A stretch of DNA of 64,000 nt, from NCBI GenBank assembly GCA_030390025.1, contig CM059438.1, forward strand, positions 35,650,001 to 35,714,000. The letters run 5' to 3'. Position numbers and translations under genes: made by a program. The DNA comes from Squalus acanthias. Its lineage: Eukaryota. The notes under the pieces were generated by a model that was not told the DNA's origin, ran no database searches, and saw nothing but the letters and a program-made list of their open reading frames with translations. Positions within the stretch are counted from its first letter, which is position 1. Each line of letters opens with the position of its first letter. This document shows, piece after piece, positions 46,605 to 61,050 of the stretch.

Positions 46605-48790
46605 AATTCTTTCATGGGATGCGGGCATCGCTGGCAAGACCAGCATTAATTACCCCTCCCTAATTGCCCTCGAGAAGGTGGTGGTGAACACATTCTTGAA
46701 CCTTGCAGTCCATGTGGTGAAGGTACTCCCACAGTGCTGTTGGGGGGGGGGGGGGGGCGGTTTTGACCCAGCTACGATGAAGGATCGGTGTTATACTTCA
46801 AAGTCAGGATGGTGGGTAACTTGCAGGTGGTGGTGTTCCCATGCGCCTGCTGCCCTTGTCCTTCTAGGTGGTAGAGGTTGCGGGTTCGGGAGGTGCTGCC
46901 GAAGAAGCCTTGGTGAGTTGCTGCAGTGCATCTTATAGATGGTACACACTGCAGTGGAGGGAGTGAATGTTTAAGGCAGTGGATGGGGTGCCAATCAAGC
47001 GGGTTGCTTTGTCCTGGATGGTGTCGAGCTTCTTGTGTTGTTGGAGCTGCACTCATCCAGGCAAGTGGGGAGTATTCCATCACACTCCTTACTTGTGCCT
47101 TGTAGATGGTGGAAAGGCTTTGGGGAGTCAGGTGGGGAGTCAGGAGGTGAGACACTCGCCACAGAATACCCAGCCTCTGACCTGCTCTTGTTGCCACAGT
47201 ATTTGTGGCTGGTCCAGTTAAGTTTCTGGTCAATGGTGACCCCCAGGATGTTGATGGTGGGGGATTCAGCAATGGTAATGCTGTTCAATGTCATGGGGAG
47301 GTGATTAGACTCTCGCTTGTTGAAGATAGTCATTGCCTGGCACTTCTGTGGCGCAAATGTTACCTGCCACTTACCAGCCCAAGCCTGAACGTCATCCAGG
47401 TCTTGTTGCATGCGGGCATGGACTGCTTCATTATCTGAGGAGTTGTGAATGCCGCTGAACACTGCAGTCATCAGCGAACATCCCCATTTCTGACATTATG
47501 TTGGAGGGAAGGTCATTGATGAAGCAGCTGAAGATGGTTGGGCCTAGGACACTGCCCGGAGGAACTCCTGCAGCAATGTCCTGGGGCTGTGATGATTGAC
47601 TTTAAACCACCACAGCCATCTTCCTTTGTGCTAGGTATGACTCGAGCCAGTGGAGCGTTTCCCCCCCACCCCCCCGATTCCCATTGACTTCAGTTTTACT
47701 AGGGCTCCTTGATGCCACACTCAGTCAAATGCTGTCTTGATGTCAAGGGCAGTCACTCTCACCTCACCTCTAGAATTCAGCTTCTTTGTCCATGTTTGGA
47801 CCAAGGCTGTAATGAGGTTGGGAGCAGAGTGGTCCTGGCGGAACCCAAACTGGGCACCAGTGAGCAGGTTATTGGTGAGTAAGTGCCACTTGATAGCACT
47901 GTCGATGGCACCTTCCATCACTTTGCTGATGATTGAGAGTAGACTGATGGGGCAGTAATTGGCCAGATTGGATTGGTCTTGCTTTTTGTGGACAGGACAT
48001 ACTAGGGCAGTTTTCCACATCGTCAGATAGATGCCAGTGTTGTAGCTGTACTGGAACAGCTTAGCTCGAGGCACGGCTAGTTCTGGAGCACAAGTCTTCA
48101 GCATGATAGCCGGGATGTTGTCAGGGCCCATAGCCTTTGCTGTATCCAGTGCACTCAGCCGTTTCTTGATGTCACGTGGAGTGAATCAAATTGGCTTCTG
48201 TGATGGTGGGGACCTTAGGAGGAGGCCGAAATGGATCATCCACTCGGCACTTCTGGCTGAAGATGGTTGCAAACGCTTCAACATTGTCTTTTGCACTCAC
48301 GTGCTGGGCTCCACCATCATTGAGGATGGGGATATTCATGGAGCCTCCTCCTCCCGTTAGTTGTTTAATGGTCCACCACCATTCATGACTGGATGTGGCA
48401 GGACTGCAGAAGGACTGCAGAGCTTTGATCTGATCCGTTGATTGTGGGATCACTTAGCCCCGTCTATAGCATGCTGCTTCTGCTTTTAACATGCATGTAG
48501 TCCTGTGTTGCAGCTTCTCCAGGTTGGCACCTCATTTTTAGGAACGCCTGGTGCTGCTCCTGGCATGCTCTTCTATGCTCCTTATTGAACCAGGGTTGGT
48601 CCCCTGGCTCGATGGTAATGGTAGAGTGAGGGATATGCCAGGCCATGAGGTTACAGATTGTGGTGGAATACAATTCTGCTGCTGCTGATGGCCCACAGCG
48701 CCTCATGGGTGCCCAGTTGAGCTGCTCGATATGTTCTGAATCTATCCCATTTAGCACGGTGGTAGTGCCGCACAACACGATGGAGGGTGT
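46605..48790 (-). mobile_element. 5'-truncated CR1-group non-LTR retrotransposon, frameshifted ORF2
   Basis: GPDNIPAIMLK..WKTALVCPVHKK..NYCPISLLSIISKVME..QFGFR..ALDIKTAFD; QQDLDDVQAWAGKWQVTFAPQKCQ; IYKAQVRSVMEYSPLAW. Confidence 0.9.
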
Positions 48791-48925
48791 ACATTTCCAT
48801 GGGATGGGGTTGTGACTCCCTTACTGAGGGACAGTTCCATGGGGCAGGGCTGTGACTCCCTTACTGAGGGACAGATCCATGGGAGAGAACTATGACTCCG
48901 TTACGGAGATACAGTTACAGGGGGT
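48790..48925 (+). repeat. About 40-bp minisatellite (acagttccatggggcagggctgtgactcccttactgagg), with one further unit at about 46561-46597 on the other side of the LINE
   Basis: Three to four units are visible here and one matching unit lies left of the LINE. Confidence 0.75.
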
Positions 48926-51900
48926 GGGCCTGTCCTTGGTACTTCATCTGTGACTGTCAGCATCAGCAACCTATTGCTCGTGAAGCCAAGACTGATACTT
49001 TCATCAACCAGCACTCACAAGAGTGCATTTCTAAGAGGGGGTCACGAACAGAGCAGGAACGTTGGCCACAATTCACTTCTCCAACCCAGGGTCAATGTAG
49101 CATCTCTATCACTGCTTCAGATGAGACCAGCTGACAGCAGAGACATGGGACACCCTGGGACATTCCTGGCTCAGAAACAGTGATGTTAGTCATCAGAAGA
49201 GCCAATACAGATTCAAGCTGACCAACTCTCATGCATTTGGCATGCTGGTGAAGCCCCCTCGCCCCAGAATGTGAGATTTCCAGCCAGCAACATGCTGGTG
49301 AATCCACACTTTATGGTTTCCTTCTAGTTTATCTTGCTGGTGGGCGAGAGAAAGCAAAGGAACACCGTGAAGGTGGAGCTAAGCTACAGGACCCATAGCT
49401 TTAACAGGGGGCTTTCATTACAAGCATGGATTGTGTGTCAGCCCCACTTCCAAAGTGTTCTTTCACAGTCTCATTCTCCAGGCAGAGCTTGTTAAGATAA
49501 CAAAAGCTTGGAAACTGAATGCAGTGCTTACCCTCACAGCCAGGTGGGCTGTGAAAACAGGGGAAAAAAAATCTGGGGGTGGAGAAGAAACACAGGGTAA
49601 GAAAAACAAAGGAGGGAAAGTGAGACAAATAATCAGGTTCTACATATACACTGCACTGAAGGATGTAGTGTTAGCTCCAACTCAGTGATACAAATAGGAT
49701 ACACCTTTTCACTGCCTTCTTGCATTGAGGAAGGCAGGGTTCCTCATAGGCACTGAAAAGCATACAAAGAACATGGCTAATTGATCTCGCCAGAGATCGA
49801 ATCTGACCATATTGTCAGCTTCAATCATTAAAATGGGAATGTTGCTACAGTAGACTATCAGTTTCCATCTTTTGCAAGTGAGCTCAGATAGGTGACTGGT
49901 TGAAAGGACATCCTCTTGTTACCAGAAGTGGCTCAGTTGCGCAAATGATAATTTATGGAAATCAGCAGCTTGGGGCAAGCATATCCACAGTAATAGAACA
50001 AACTGGGATTAAAACAGACGTGACGTCCTCTACTCCCTGAACAATGGGCGGCGCTCGTTTTTAAACTAGGGTTTATGATTTGGTATAAGAGGCAATGCAG
50101 TTCACCCGGGTTTGGCCAATGTTGGCAGCTTTGAAGACCTGACAAATTAGTAAAGATCACATGCCATCTCACTGACGATTGACAAGACCCACTTAGTAAC
50201 TAGAAACTTAATTTAATCTTCTTTTCAACTATTCACAGAATTCATTTCCTCTACTTTACTGCAATAAAGCTATTGTAGTATCATCACTTTGACAAATGCC
50301 GTATAGTTCACTGCATGGTGTAAAAATAGGCCCAGTTTGGAGTGGTGACTCGATACTATACTGATGTTGCAGACTCGATACTATACTGATGTTGCAACTT
50401 ATTCACTTTTTTTTTAGCCAATTATGATTTAATTTAAACTTGTAGGTCAGTGCCACAGCAGGAGGATGGAGAAGACAGACAGAGAGAACTTTAACAAAAT
50501 TATTTTTTGAAATTAAAGTTAGAAAACATTTAAATAATTGATGAGAAATACACAGTTAAGCATATTAGAAAACTAGATGGAGAGACAAAGTCAGAGCAGA
50601 GGTTTTTAAAAACTTGTTAAAATCGTTAAAATCATTGAATACATCTTAACATAGAAGGTTAATATTTCATGAATAAAGTTGCTCCCAACATCTGTGTGGC
50701 ATTACTACTGATGTACAGTACTTAGGTCAGTGTCCAAGCTGACATTTTAAGGAAATGACTATACAGGGAGACTAATTCCCTGAAACAATGAGGGCCAAGA
50801 GGATTAGCTGAAAAACAAAACCAAACTTCTTCCTAAATGGATACAATTACAGCTACACGAATAATCTCAACATTGCTCAACACTTAGTGGTTTTAAAAAT
50901 GGGAACCAAAAAAATGCAAAGATTTAAAAATAACACCTTCAACAGTTTGCCTCAGTAACAGTTTCAAAGTATTTGTGGCATGAAACATATTCAAGGATCA
51001 TCTCTAATCTCAATGACTTGCTTATATCCTAATGATAAATTGTTAGATAGCCTTGTTTGATTGCCTGGAGATGCTGAGGAAATGGTCATGGCACCACCTT
51101 CAGCTCTTACAACCTCATTATAGCTATGCACAAAATGCAATGACATCAATCCTGCATGATAATGTCATATGGAGTATTTAAAAGTGCATTTTTTTCTTGG
51201 TTTTATAATGAAAACAAACAAACTACTGGACCCAGAATCTATAAATCATTTTTGGAACTGAAAAATCCAGATGTTGAAGGCAGATCAATGCAACCAGGTG
51301 GTTGTTAACAAGATTGCCTACCAAAGGAAAAGGTGGCAACAAAACTATTCATCTTGGTGTAGCTAAAAAGCTTTCATTTTTTATAGCTACACTAAGAGAA
51401 CCCAAGTCATGGCTAGGTTCTAAATGTTGAATCATAGCTAGGGTGGAAGGCAGACGACAGTAAGGGTTGCATCAGTCATGCTCCTTTTACCATCACAATC
51501 ATCTTCATCAACCTCTTGCCATATAAATGCTGGTTTTATTACAGTAGCGAGAGAAACTTTTTATCCCTGCCTATGGAAGTGGTCCAGTTTCTGTTGTGCT
51601 AAACTGGCTCATTTTATACCGGGGACAGAATCGACAGCAACGGGAAGCTGTGCATGTGGTGCTGAAGATCATCACCTCTAACTGGTAGAGCTACTGTTGG
51701 ATGGGGTACATGCTGTCAGAAGAATGGTGGCAATGCACTCACGCATCTTATAATAATTTGTGCTGCCCACATGATACTCAGGAGTTCCTGCTACCTGCTG
51801 TTTGCCCAGCAGGGGCTCAAATTCAAACTCATTAGTTGTATGATCAAAAAGGGCCTACTTTCCTCGAGATGGAGAGTGACAAATGGGGTCTCTTTGGAGG

Positions 51901-54900
51901 TCAAGTTTGCTGCAAAACAACATGTCTGACAATGGAAATTGGAACAGTATCAATCCTTTGACCAGCCAGGCTGGCTCATTGGTGGAATTTGGAGGGGTAC
52001 TTGTGCCACTGATAGCTGGGACTCTTCCCACTTGGCTCCAGATAACATGCTGAAAGCCGATGCCACTGGCACAGGTCTTGCACAATACAAAAACAGTTTA
52101 GGTTGCAAAGAGACTTGGCAATTAATACAATTGAATGAAAGATCAAATAAAAACTTACAAGAATTTAAAATAATGGCTTTATCCATAAACTAAAAGTTAA
52201 ATTAAAGGGCTTCTGAAGTCTTGGCTTGCACGATGGAATCAAGTACTCCTGGACTAAGTCATGAATGGGGATGTAAAAGCTGTAAAGCTCAGTTGTGTTT
52301 ACATGTCGAGTCCCAATAAATGGGTATAGTTTATGGAGTTACCTGCAAATTATGATAAGAGGCTTCACAGAAATGGTGTGAGGAGTTTTGAGGAATTTAG
52401 TATCAGATCTGCCATCACACTGCTCATGGGTAATCTGGGGTCTGGAGAACCGATACTAAAATGGAGCGGTATTTAATCTAGGCTGTTTCTTTCAGACCAC
52501 CACTTATCGAATCCCCGGGAAGTGGTCTAAATAGACACATCCAGAGGTCAATTAGACGCAAGTTTCTCTAGTTTGGCAGATGCTTGAAATTCCCTGGTTC
52601 CTGCCCTTGGGGACAGATTAGATTATCAAGGTAAGAAATTAGCAGACAATGCCTAGCCTCTTTTTAAAATGGAAACAATTGTATGAGTTTCTTGCTATTT
52701 TAAAAATATGGCATGAGCCTGACTGACACCCCCAAACTTTGGCTAGATCACAAAACCTGCCCCATTACCAGCAACTGGGATCCCTGTCCCCCAGTTCTAA
52801 GATTTTAGAATCTTAACCCACCCACCCCACTCCATAGAGCCTAGTAAGCTCAGTGTTGTCACATCTTGGGACTCTCCATTCCTAGTGCTGGCACACTCCT
52901 GTAGCTTTATCCCCAGTACTCCCACACCCCTGCTCCAGTGTTGCCATGTCTCAGTGAAGCCCCAACATTCCCCCCCCCACCGCCAAACTTTGGCATATTT
53001 CCCCCCCACCACACCCCCTGCCCTAACCACCATCACTGCCAGACACCAGGAATCACCTCAAATTGCAGCTCAGTACTTTCCATAACTGCTACTAAACTCC
53101 ACAACCTTCCATCTCACCACTATTGGGGAAGAAATAGAGGGCCTTAAGGAATGTCCAAACTTAACAGGATTTGGGGGGGGGGGGGGGGCAGAAAGGAGAT
53201 CGCTCAGTGCCTACAGCACTAGGATAGCAATGGGAGAGATGTTGGGGTCTGGCAGAAGGTTTAACCCAGTACACATTGCCTACTATTTGTGCATCTTTAG
53301 CTTTAAAATTAATTAAAAAGGCAAAATATAAAAATTAAATACATTGGCACAGGTACATTCAATAATAAATCAAGGTCACTCATTTATTGTCTTCACAGAA
53401 AAGTCGACTAACTGGTGGAATTTGATGCCCAAAACGCAGCAGCTAAAAACCCCACAATACCGTGCAGCTCAGAATTTGTCATGTGGTCACCATAAATCAA
53501 TCAATCAGTGTACTGATGCCATGTTGCATGGGATAACTGCCTTATGGTTAGAAATGTGTATTCTCCAATTCACCATGAGCAGTTACAGGAGCTCTGCTAG
53601 TACACCTATTTAAGAATTTATCTGGCACGTGCTTTGTCTAACCACTGCAGGGGTCACACCCATATTTATGCAAATTTGAGATATTTGCATTTGATTGACT
53701 CAAATAGAGCCACCACCATCCTTCATAAAACAGCAAACTACAACTGAACAGGTAGGCAATATACCAAATCAAGCATGGGAAAAGTGCATAAATAAACCTT
53801 CCATCTCACCACCACTCGGGAGGAAGTAAAGAGGGCCTTAAGGAATGCCCAAACTAAGCTTACCAAGTATGTATGAACACAATGAATTCATGAACAGTTC
53901 ACAAAACCTACCAATTAATAACTAATTGCATAACAGTTTTTTGAAATTTGTCAGCTGCCATTTTGTTTCTTCAACCTAAAGGCTACACATGGGTGCCAAC
54001 TACAATTTTCTAACATAAAAGTTAAATAATTTACAAAAACATATTTACATTAACCCATAAAACCTTCCAACACTTGTTGGAATTGTATCAATTTTGCACT
54101 GAGGCCTAACCTCGATCAGATGTCTGGGGCTCGAGTTGGTCTGTGCTCCTGGTGCTATCTTGCCTCGGCCCAGCATAGCCCCAAGCAACATCAGAGATGG
54201 TCAGTTATTTTTTGACCACTGTGTCTGCCTGCCTGGTGTCCTGCTCCGCTGCTGCCTCACTTACCCAAAGTCCTTCCTTGTCTGGCCCACCTTGTCCTGT
54301 TCTTGGCACACCCCTGACCATTTCCTGCTTATAGCCATTCTTTTCTGGTGTTCAGTTCTAATTTATTTGACTGACTATTTGCCCCTCCCCTTGTACCTTG
54401 GGTCAGATGTGCCCAAACATTAACCTTTATGAGCCACATAGGTGTGTGCCATGGAGCTTCAGGGAACACCTATAAAATCAATGCTTCCATGGTTATGGAA
54501 CAATTTGCATGGACCACCTTAAGTATTGGGCTCTTTGGGACTGCATAGGCCAAAGACTGTCCCTTTTTACACTGCATGCAACTATCTAAAAGGATGGCTG
54601 TCTAAAAAGGTTTCCACCAATTGCAGTTAAAAGTCCAACAGGAAAAAAACCTAAGACAAATTATCTGGTCATTATCTCATAACTGTTTGTGGGACCTTGC
54701 AGTGCACAAATTGGCTGTTGCGCTTCCCTACATTTTAACAGTGGCTATATTTCAAAAGTACTTCATTGGCTGCAAAGGGAATGTCCGGAGGTTGTTAAAG
54801 ATGCCACATAAAGGTAAGTCATCTCCTTTCCTTTAACAGTGACTCACATTTAAAGCTATTTTGAAGTTTTTTTTTATTAACACCACCACTCCAAAAGCAG

Positions 54901-55294
54901 CATTTTATGGATTTGCTGTGGACTTCAGCAGTGGCACTGGCAACGAACTCAGTTTAAAAACTGTAAATCAATAAGTGTTCAACATTAGGAACAAACAATA
55001 GTTACACCCATTACCAGAGTTCAACTGGCAGAAACATGTCAGAATACCCATTGGAAGTTATGTTCACATAAATTAAAAAAACATATACCTGTCAAACAAT
55101 GACCATAATAGCATTCAATTGTTGAATACAAGGCATATAAACCAGCAATTAATTCCAGCACCAAAAAAAAAATTCTTTGGAAAAACTTTGACAGCCTATT
55201 TGTTGCTGCATTAGCAAAGAGGCAATGAAGGCATCGCTTCAGTTTAGCCACAACAGGTTAAGCAGAAATAGATAAACTGACTGGAATTCCATAC

Positions 55295-55394
55295 CCAAAT
55301 AGTCGTCCATAGAAAATTTATCATTGTCCCAGATTTGAATGATTAGTTTCGGAGGGGTTCTGAACTCTGTTTTGTCAAGGCTCCAAAAATTTTC
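55295..55394 (-). CDS. myof: Myoferlin exon (last C2 domain, WDND motif)
   Basis: ttccag|[33 protein letters not shown](G)|gtatgg; 100 nt, phase 0/1. Confidence 0.95.
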
Positions 55395-56391
55395 CTGGAA
55401 CAGAAAAAGTAAAGCTAACATGGATGATCCGTTACACATTAATCTTCTTCCCTTCACCTTTTACGTGAAGCCATCTGTGATGGCTTATACTGTCTGAAAG
55501 GGTGGAGGGAACCGTAGAATTGTTCAAAAATATTAGCTGTTACGAACATTGCCGATTTGTTTAAACTGTTTTATTGAAGCAGGCAACTTAATTCTGTCCG
55601 ATGCACTAATATTTTTCGACATTTGTAAATGCTGCAGTAAAACGATTTGAAAATGGTTTTTGCTAATATGGCGTGCACACCCTAACCCTAAACACCTGGT
55701 TTAAACACACAACCAGCTGTACAGAGTCAAATTAGAGGGAGCTGGGAAGAAAGCTGACATGAGTACAAAAGTATAGAGGCTACAAGGTCACTCTAATGAT
55801 GCATTTTTAGGTCCAAAGAAAGGAAAAGGTCAGTGAGATATGACCCCTGCTAGCCCCAACCATGGAATACATTTCTCCATGCAGTAGTATTCCCACAGAA
55901 CACTGCATAAACAACTGCTCACAGCAAGGGTTACACTCACATGGCTGTTAGCATGAATAGAAAGAATGTACACTTACAAACAAGAGGAAATGGTGCAGGG
56001 CAGAGGACAATAGACCTCCCTATGGGAACTTCTTTCCAAAAAGAGGACTGGTTGCAAACCAATGAAACCGCCCTGTGGGGATAGCAGCACTCCGCAATTA
56101 CTGTACTTGAACCTGAACATTCCAGAGAACATGTGTTAAGTCCATGGGTTTGACTTTGCCCTCCACTGAACAGAGCTGGCAGAAAGTTAAAACAAGCTTC
56201 TGCCTCGAGTCAGACTTGGACTCGCAGCCCTCCCCATCACATGCTGATTTCGTCTCCTACATTTCATGTTCGACATGGCAAAGATGTTGTTAACCGTTTA
56301 GCAAGATAACCTGTAGGATTTAAGAGCTGACTGAAGAATTTCAGACAACATTATGGCCCTTCGGTGCCATGAACGATTGCTTGCTCATTCA

Positions 56392-56595
<204 letters not shown>

Positions 56596-57087
56596 TCAAA
56601 TAACATCAGTTATAGGAAAAGGGGTCAAACATAAACCACGTATACCAAAAATAACGACTTTGGCAGCAGAGAATGTTTGGAACAATGTGCGATTGGCAAG
56701 AGGGTCCAAATACACACACTTCCAATGTAAACTCCCACTCACCCCTCCAAAAAAAATGTAAACTCAGATAAAGCAGAGAAACTGATGTAATAAAACATTA
56801 TAAAAAAGGACATTAATAAGGAGGATTGAAAATACAACAGGCCGGATCTGGCTGGAGCAGGGCATGCCCTATTAGACAAATTTTTTCTGTACCCTTCAGC
56901 GCAAACAATTTTGTGCCGTAATTTGCTGGAATGCAAGCCGATAACAGCGATGGCAGCAGAACATCTGGGACCTCAGTGAACTGAGAGACCAACAGTGTAT
57001 CTCCTTAACCAATGAGATTTAAGGATTAAGAAACAGAGGAATGATTGAGAAGGAGGGTGAATTACAGTCAAATCAGGTACAGAGAGA

Positions 57088-57308
57088 GAAAGAAAGATTA
57101 GATTAAAAGAGGGAGAGGGAAAGAAAGATTAGATTAAAAGAGGGAGAGGGAAAGAAAGATTAGATTAAAAGAGGGAGAGGGAAAGAAAGATTAGATTAAA
57201 AGAGGGAGAGGGAAAGAAAGATTAGATTAAAAGAGGGAGAGGGAAAGAAAGATTAGATTAAAAGAGGGAGAGGGAAAGAAAGATTAGATTAAAAGAGGGA
57301 GAGGGAAA
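57088..57308 (+). repeat. Perfect 31-bp tandem repeat (aaagaaagattagattaaaagagggagaggg) running into an N-gap
   Basis: About 7 identical units before the gap at 57309. Confidence 0.95.
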
Positions 57309-57537
57309 NNNNNNNNNNNNNNNNNNNNNNNNNNNNNNNNNNNNNNNNNNNNNNNNNNNNNNNNNNNNNNNNNNNNNNNNNNNNNNNNNNNNNNNNNNNN
57401 NNNNNNNNNNNNNNNNNNNNNNNNNNNNNNNNNNNNNNNNNNNNNNNNNNNNNNNNNNNNNNNNNNNNNNNNNNNNNNNNNNNNNNNNNNNNNNNNNNNN
57501 NNNNNNNNNNNNNNNNNNNNNNNNNNNNNNNNNNNNN
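57309..57537. other. Assembly gap (N run)
   Basis: Run of N. Confidence 1.
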
Positions 57538-58050
57538 GACATTTTTAAAATCTCCAAGAACAATTTACCACCTGAAGGAATGGAACTCCACAGTATAAAT
57601 TGTTCAATTTCTGGGCCAGAGAGGTCGATTGGCATTGCATTAACAATTATCATGTTGATAAAAAGGTATTTACACTGCTAATTATAAGACTTTGCTCTCT
57701 GCAGCGCGTTTAATGGGCAATTCCAGCAAGTTCTAAAAGGGAGCCCAAGAATGAGATGCCGTTTGTGCAAAGCAAATGGCGTTACGCTGTAAGCCAACCA
57801 GCATATCTCTGAAACCCCTGAATTTGCTGGCCGATTTTCACATTAAACGGCAAGAGCCAGCTCATTACGTATGCTTTGGCAAAAATCCCCATCAATCTGG
57901 TGTACTTTGGTACACATTTTCATATCTTTGCACCTCTTAATTTACCAAGTTATAAGGCTACCCACAAATAACAAAAAATGTATAAGAAAGCTCTTAGCTT
58001 CTCTCTAGAATGCATGGTTCCTTGGGAAACAGAAAAGGGGAGAGCAACAA

Positions 58051-58374
58051 NNNNNNNNNNNNNNNNNNNNNNNNNNNNNNNNNNNNNNNNNNNNNNNNNN
58101 NNNNNNNNNNNNNNNNNNNNNNNNNNNNNNNNNNNNNNNNNNNNNNNNNNNNNNNNNNNNNNNNNNNNNNNNNNNNNNNNNNNNNNNNNNNNNNNNNNNN
58201 NNNNNNNNNNNNNNNNNNNNNNNNNNNNNNNNNNNNNNNNNNNNNNNNNNNNNNNNNNNNNNNNNNNNNNNNNNNNNNNNNNNNNNNNNNNNNNNNNNNN
58301 NNNNNNNNNNNNNNNNNNNNNNNNNNNNNNNNNNNNNNNNNNNNNNNNNNNNNNNNNNNNNNNNNNNNNNNNNN
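58051..58374. other. Assembly gap (N run) adjoining a GA-rich simple repeat
   Basis: Run of N followed by (GA)n. Confidence 1.
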
Positions 58375-58396
58375 AAAAAAAGAGAAAAAGAGAAAG

Positions 58397-58432
<36 letters not shown>

Positions 58433-59000
58433 AAAATAGGAAAGCACCTGAGACAGAAGGAAAGAAAATAGGAAGTAACCCAGACATGGAGAGGGAGTGG
58501 TGGTGGGAAGAGAAAGGGGAGGACTACACAACAGCTTTTCCAGGGGCTCCCAAACCTCCATGCACAGCATACACCTCTTCAGTAGGAAAAACAAGCTGCA
58601 ATCTCACCAACTCACAAGCATCAACACCAAAACCAGCCTGACTCCAGTTTCCCAGTCCATGCCCACCCAGAGAAACAAAGTCTCAAGAGAAATGTAAGAT
58701 CCCAATGAAAAAAGCTGCATCAGCTCAGTAACAAATGGGTTCCAGGCCCTAAACTCCTCACAAGTAGGTCTACATGCACAAGTAAAAAAGGCTGTAAAAT
58801 GAAAGTGCATTTTCATCTTTAGCACCTATATATATGAACCCAGCGATACTGATGAGATGAAAGTCTTCTCTCTTGGATGGATGTTAAAGTCCTACGTGAA
58901 ATTAGTTTGTGTTTCAATCCAATTCCTAGCAGGTGTGGGTCTATACTACAAAACTATCAAGTGACAGCAATTCTACACAATTTGATGCAAAACTCGCCGA

Positions 59001-59380
59001 AATCATAGAATGGTTACAGCACGGAAGGCGGCCATTCGGCCTGTCGAGCCCGTGCAAACTCTCAGCTCGTCCCACTCCCCTGCCCTTTCCCCGTAGCCCT
59101 GCAATTTTTTTTTCCTTCAGATACTTATCCAACTCCCTTTTGAAAAGATAAAATTGAGTCTGCCTCCACCACCCTTTCAGGCAGTGCATTCCAGATCTTA
59201 ACCACTCGCTGTGTAAAAAAGTTTTTTCCTACGTCACCTTCGGTTCTTTTGCCAATCACCTTACATCTGTGTCCTCTGGTTCTCGACCCTTCTTCCAATG
59301 GGAACAGTTTCTCTATCTATCCTGTCCAGACCACCTCATGATTTTGAACACCTTTATCAAATCTCCTCTCAATCTTCTCT
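59001..59380 (-). mobile_element. CR1 LINE 3' fragment
   Basis: aatcatagaatggttacagcacggaaggcggccattcggcc...tctgcctccaccaccctttcaggcagtgcattccagatc...catgattttgaacacctttatcaaatctcctct. Confidence 0.85.
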
Positions 59381-59558
59381 AGCAAAGGTCATTGGTGACT
59401 GGCAAATTGCAAAAAATGACCATAATGCAGAAGGTGGTGCACAATGCAACTCTCACTACAGAGGGGAAAGGTTGGAGGCTGGTGCCCAGATCACTACCAA
59501 TGACATACTCCATATATGGCATGCAAAAGCAGCCAAGGGTGATGGTATTTTTCCTCTG

Positions 59559-59591
<33 letters not shown>

Positions 59592-60284
59592 GGGTGGAGG
59601 AAAGAGAGGAGTACCTAATTTCTGCATGGTGTCAGCCAAGGGAAACCCAGCCACAAATGAGAATTTTTATAGGTAATTACAGATGGTAACATACCCTACC
59701 ACTGCAATGGTGCAGTATTGGAGTTCCTGCCAGTATGCAGGACAAATACCCTTTTCCACTGCCTGTATGTAACACATATACAAGGAGAGAGAAAGATGTT
59801 TTCACACAGAAAAGTACCAGTCAGGTTCCCAGTGTATAAACAAACCATATCAGAATACTTTCAAGTTAGCTTCTCCACTCCTACCCCACCCCAAGCTTCT
59901 CCACTCTGCTAAAATGCTGACTCATTACTGAAGTACGGTGCCTTTGCATTGGGCACCCCTCCAGTATCTTGCCCAATTGGTCATTCTTCATGTGAATCTA
60001 GCTAATACTGGAAGAATATTCAACTGTGGCGGTACCATAGCTGAGCTTGACCCCTGCCTAACACGATATCCATACAGTACACTTACTAGTGGGGGAAATC
60101 ACTGGATAGCATTCAGGAGCAGGCACCCTGCCCGATTTCTACCTCCCTTGGAGGCCAAGTGGAACACCTCCAATTGCTGCCCCCCCCCCCAACAAGATCA
60201 GCTAACACAGCAGACCAGAAATGTCACCTGGCACCTTCTGATCTGTACAGCTTTTTGCATTGTACCAAATGGTGCCTTTATTCA

Positions 60285-60321
<37 letters not shown>

Positions 60322-60924
60322 AATTGGGATAGTTTTAAATAAAGTGATTCATGCAATTAAGCAGTTAATGAAACCTTGTATGGACGTACACACACACACG
60401 CACTGTGGTCACTAGCAGTGTTTGAAATCCGGGCCTTCCTGAAACAACCTCTTTAGTTTACACTTTTGGCCTTTCTTGCACATATTTAACAGCTGCTGCA
60501 TTTTTGTTCCATACATGAACATTCAATCCAGAAATAAAGCCTGCAGCTCAGATCACTCATTGAGATCTCGCAATCTTTTTTGGAGATGGCCTTCCATTCT
60601 TAACCTAGAGCAGATATTTTGCAATTCTTTCAGTGACTCTCCAGCCTTTGTTCCAGCTCCATTACATGGTACAAATGAGCCTTCGTCAAATTTTTCCCCT
60701 TCTGCTCATCACAACGAGCTGAAAGCTGTAATCAGCTCAGTTTGCACATGTCAGAGCCGGACAGGAGTAACTTCTACAAATATGTAGCCTATATTCTTTG
60801 TAATTCAAGGTTTTCCCCCCAACTTGACATAAACCTGTGCAATAATTTGAAGTGGAACTACGGTGGCGATACAGCACGCTGGCTAGTCAGCGCACAATAC
60901 TAACGGTAACAAAACAAAAAGTAA

Positions 60925-61050
60925 AGATCCTGCAGATGTTGGGAATCTGAAATACAGAAAATGTTGGAAACACTCAGCAGGTCAGGCAGCATCTGTGGAG
61001 AGAGAGAGAAACAGTGCCAACGTTTCAGGTCGATGACCTTTCGTCAGAAC
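60925..61050 (-). mobile_element. Solo Penelope pLTR with hammerhead motif (core about 61019-61050)
   Basis: Minus strand reads gtt-CTGACGA-A-AGGTC-ATC-GACCT-GAAAC-GTT-ggc, followed by the same pLTR body as 4737-4830. Confidence 0.75.

Noticed and set aside
57088-57308. CRISPR-like array of 31-bp repeats
   Set aside because: Head-to-tail repeats without spacers in a vertebrate intron; an ordinary minisatellite.
57258-58594. Long ORFs containing X runs
   Set aside because: Artefacts of N-gaps and GA repeats.
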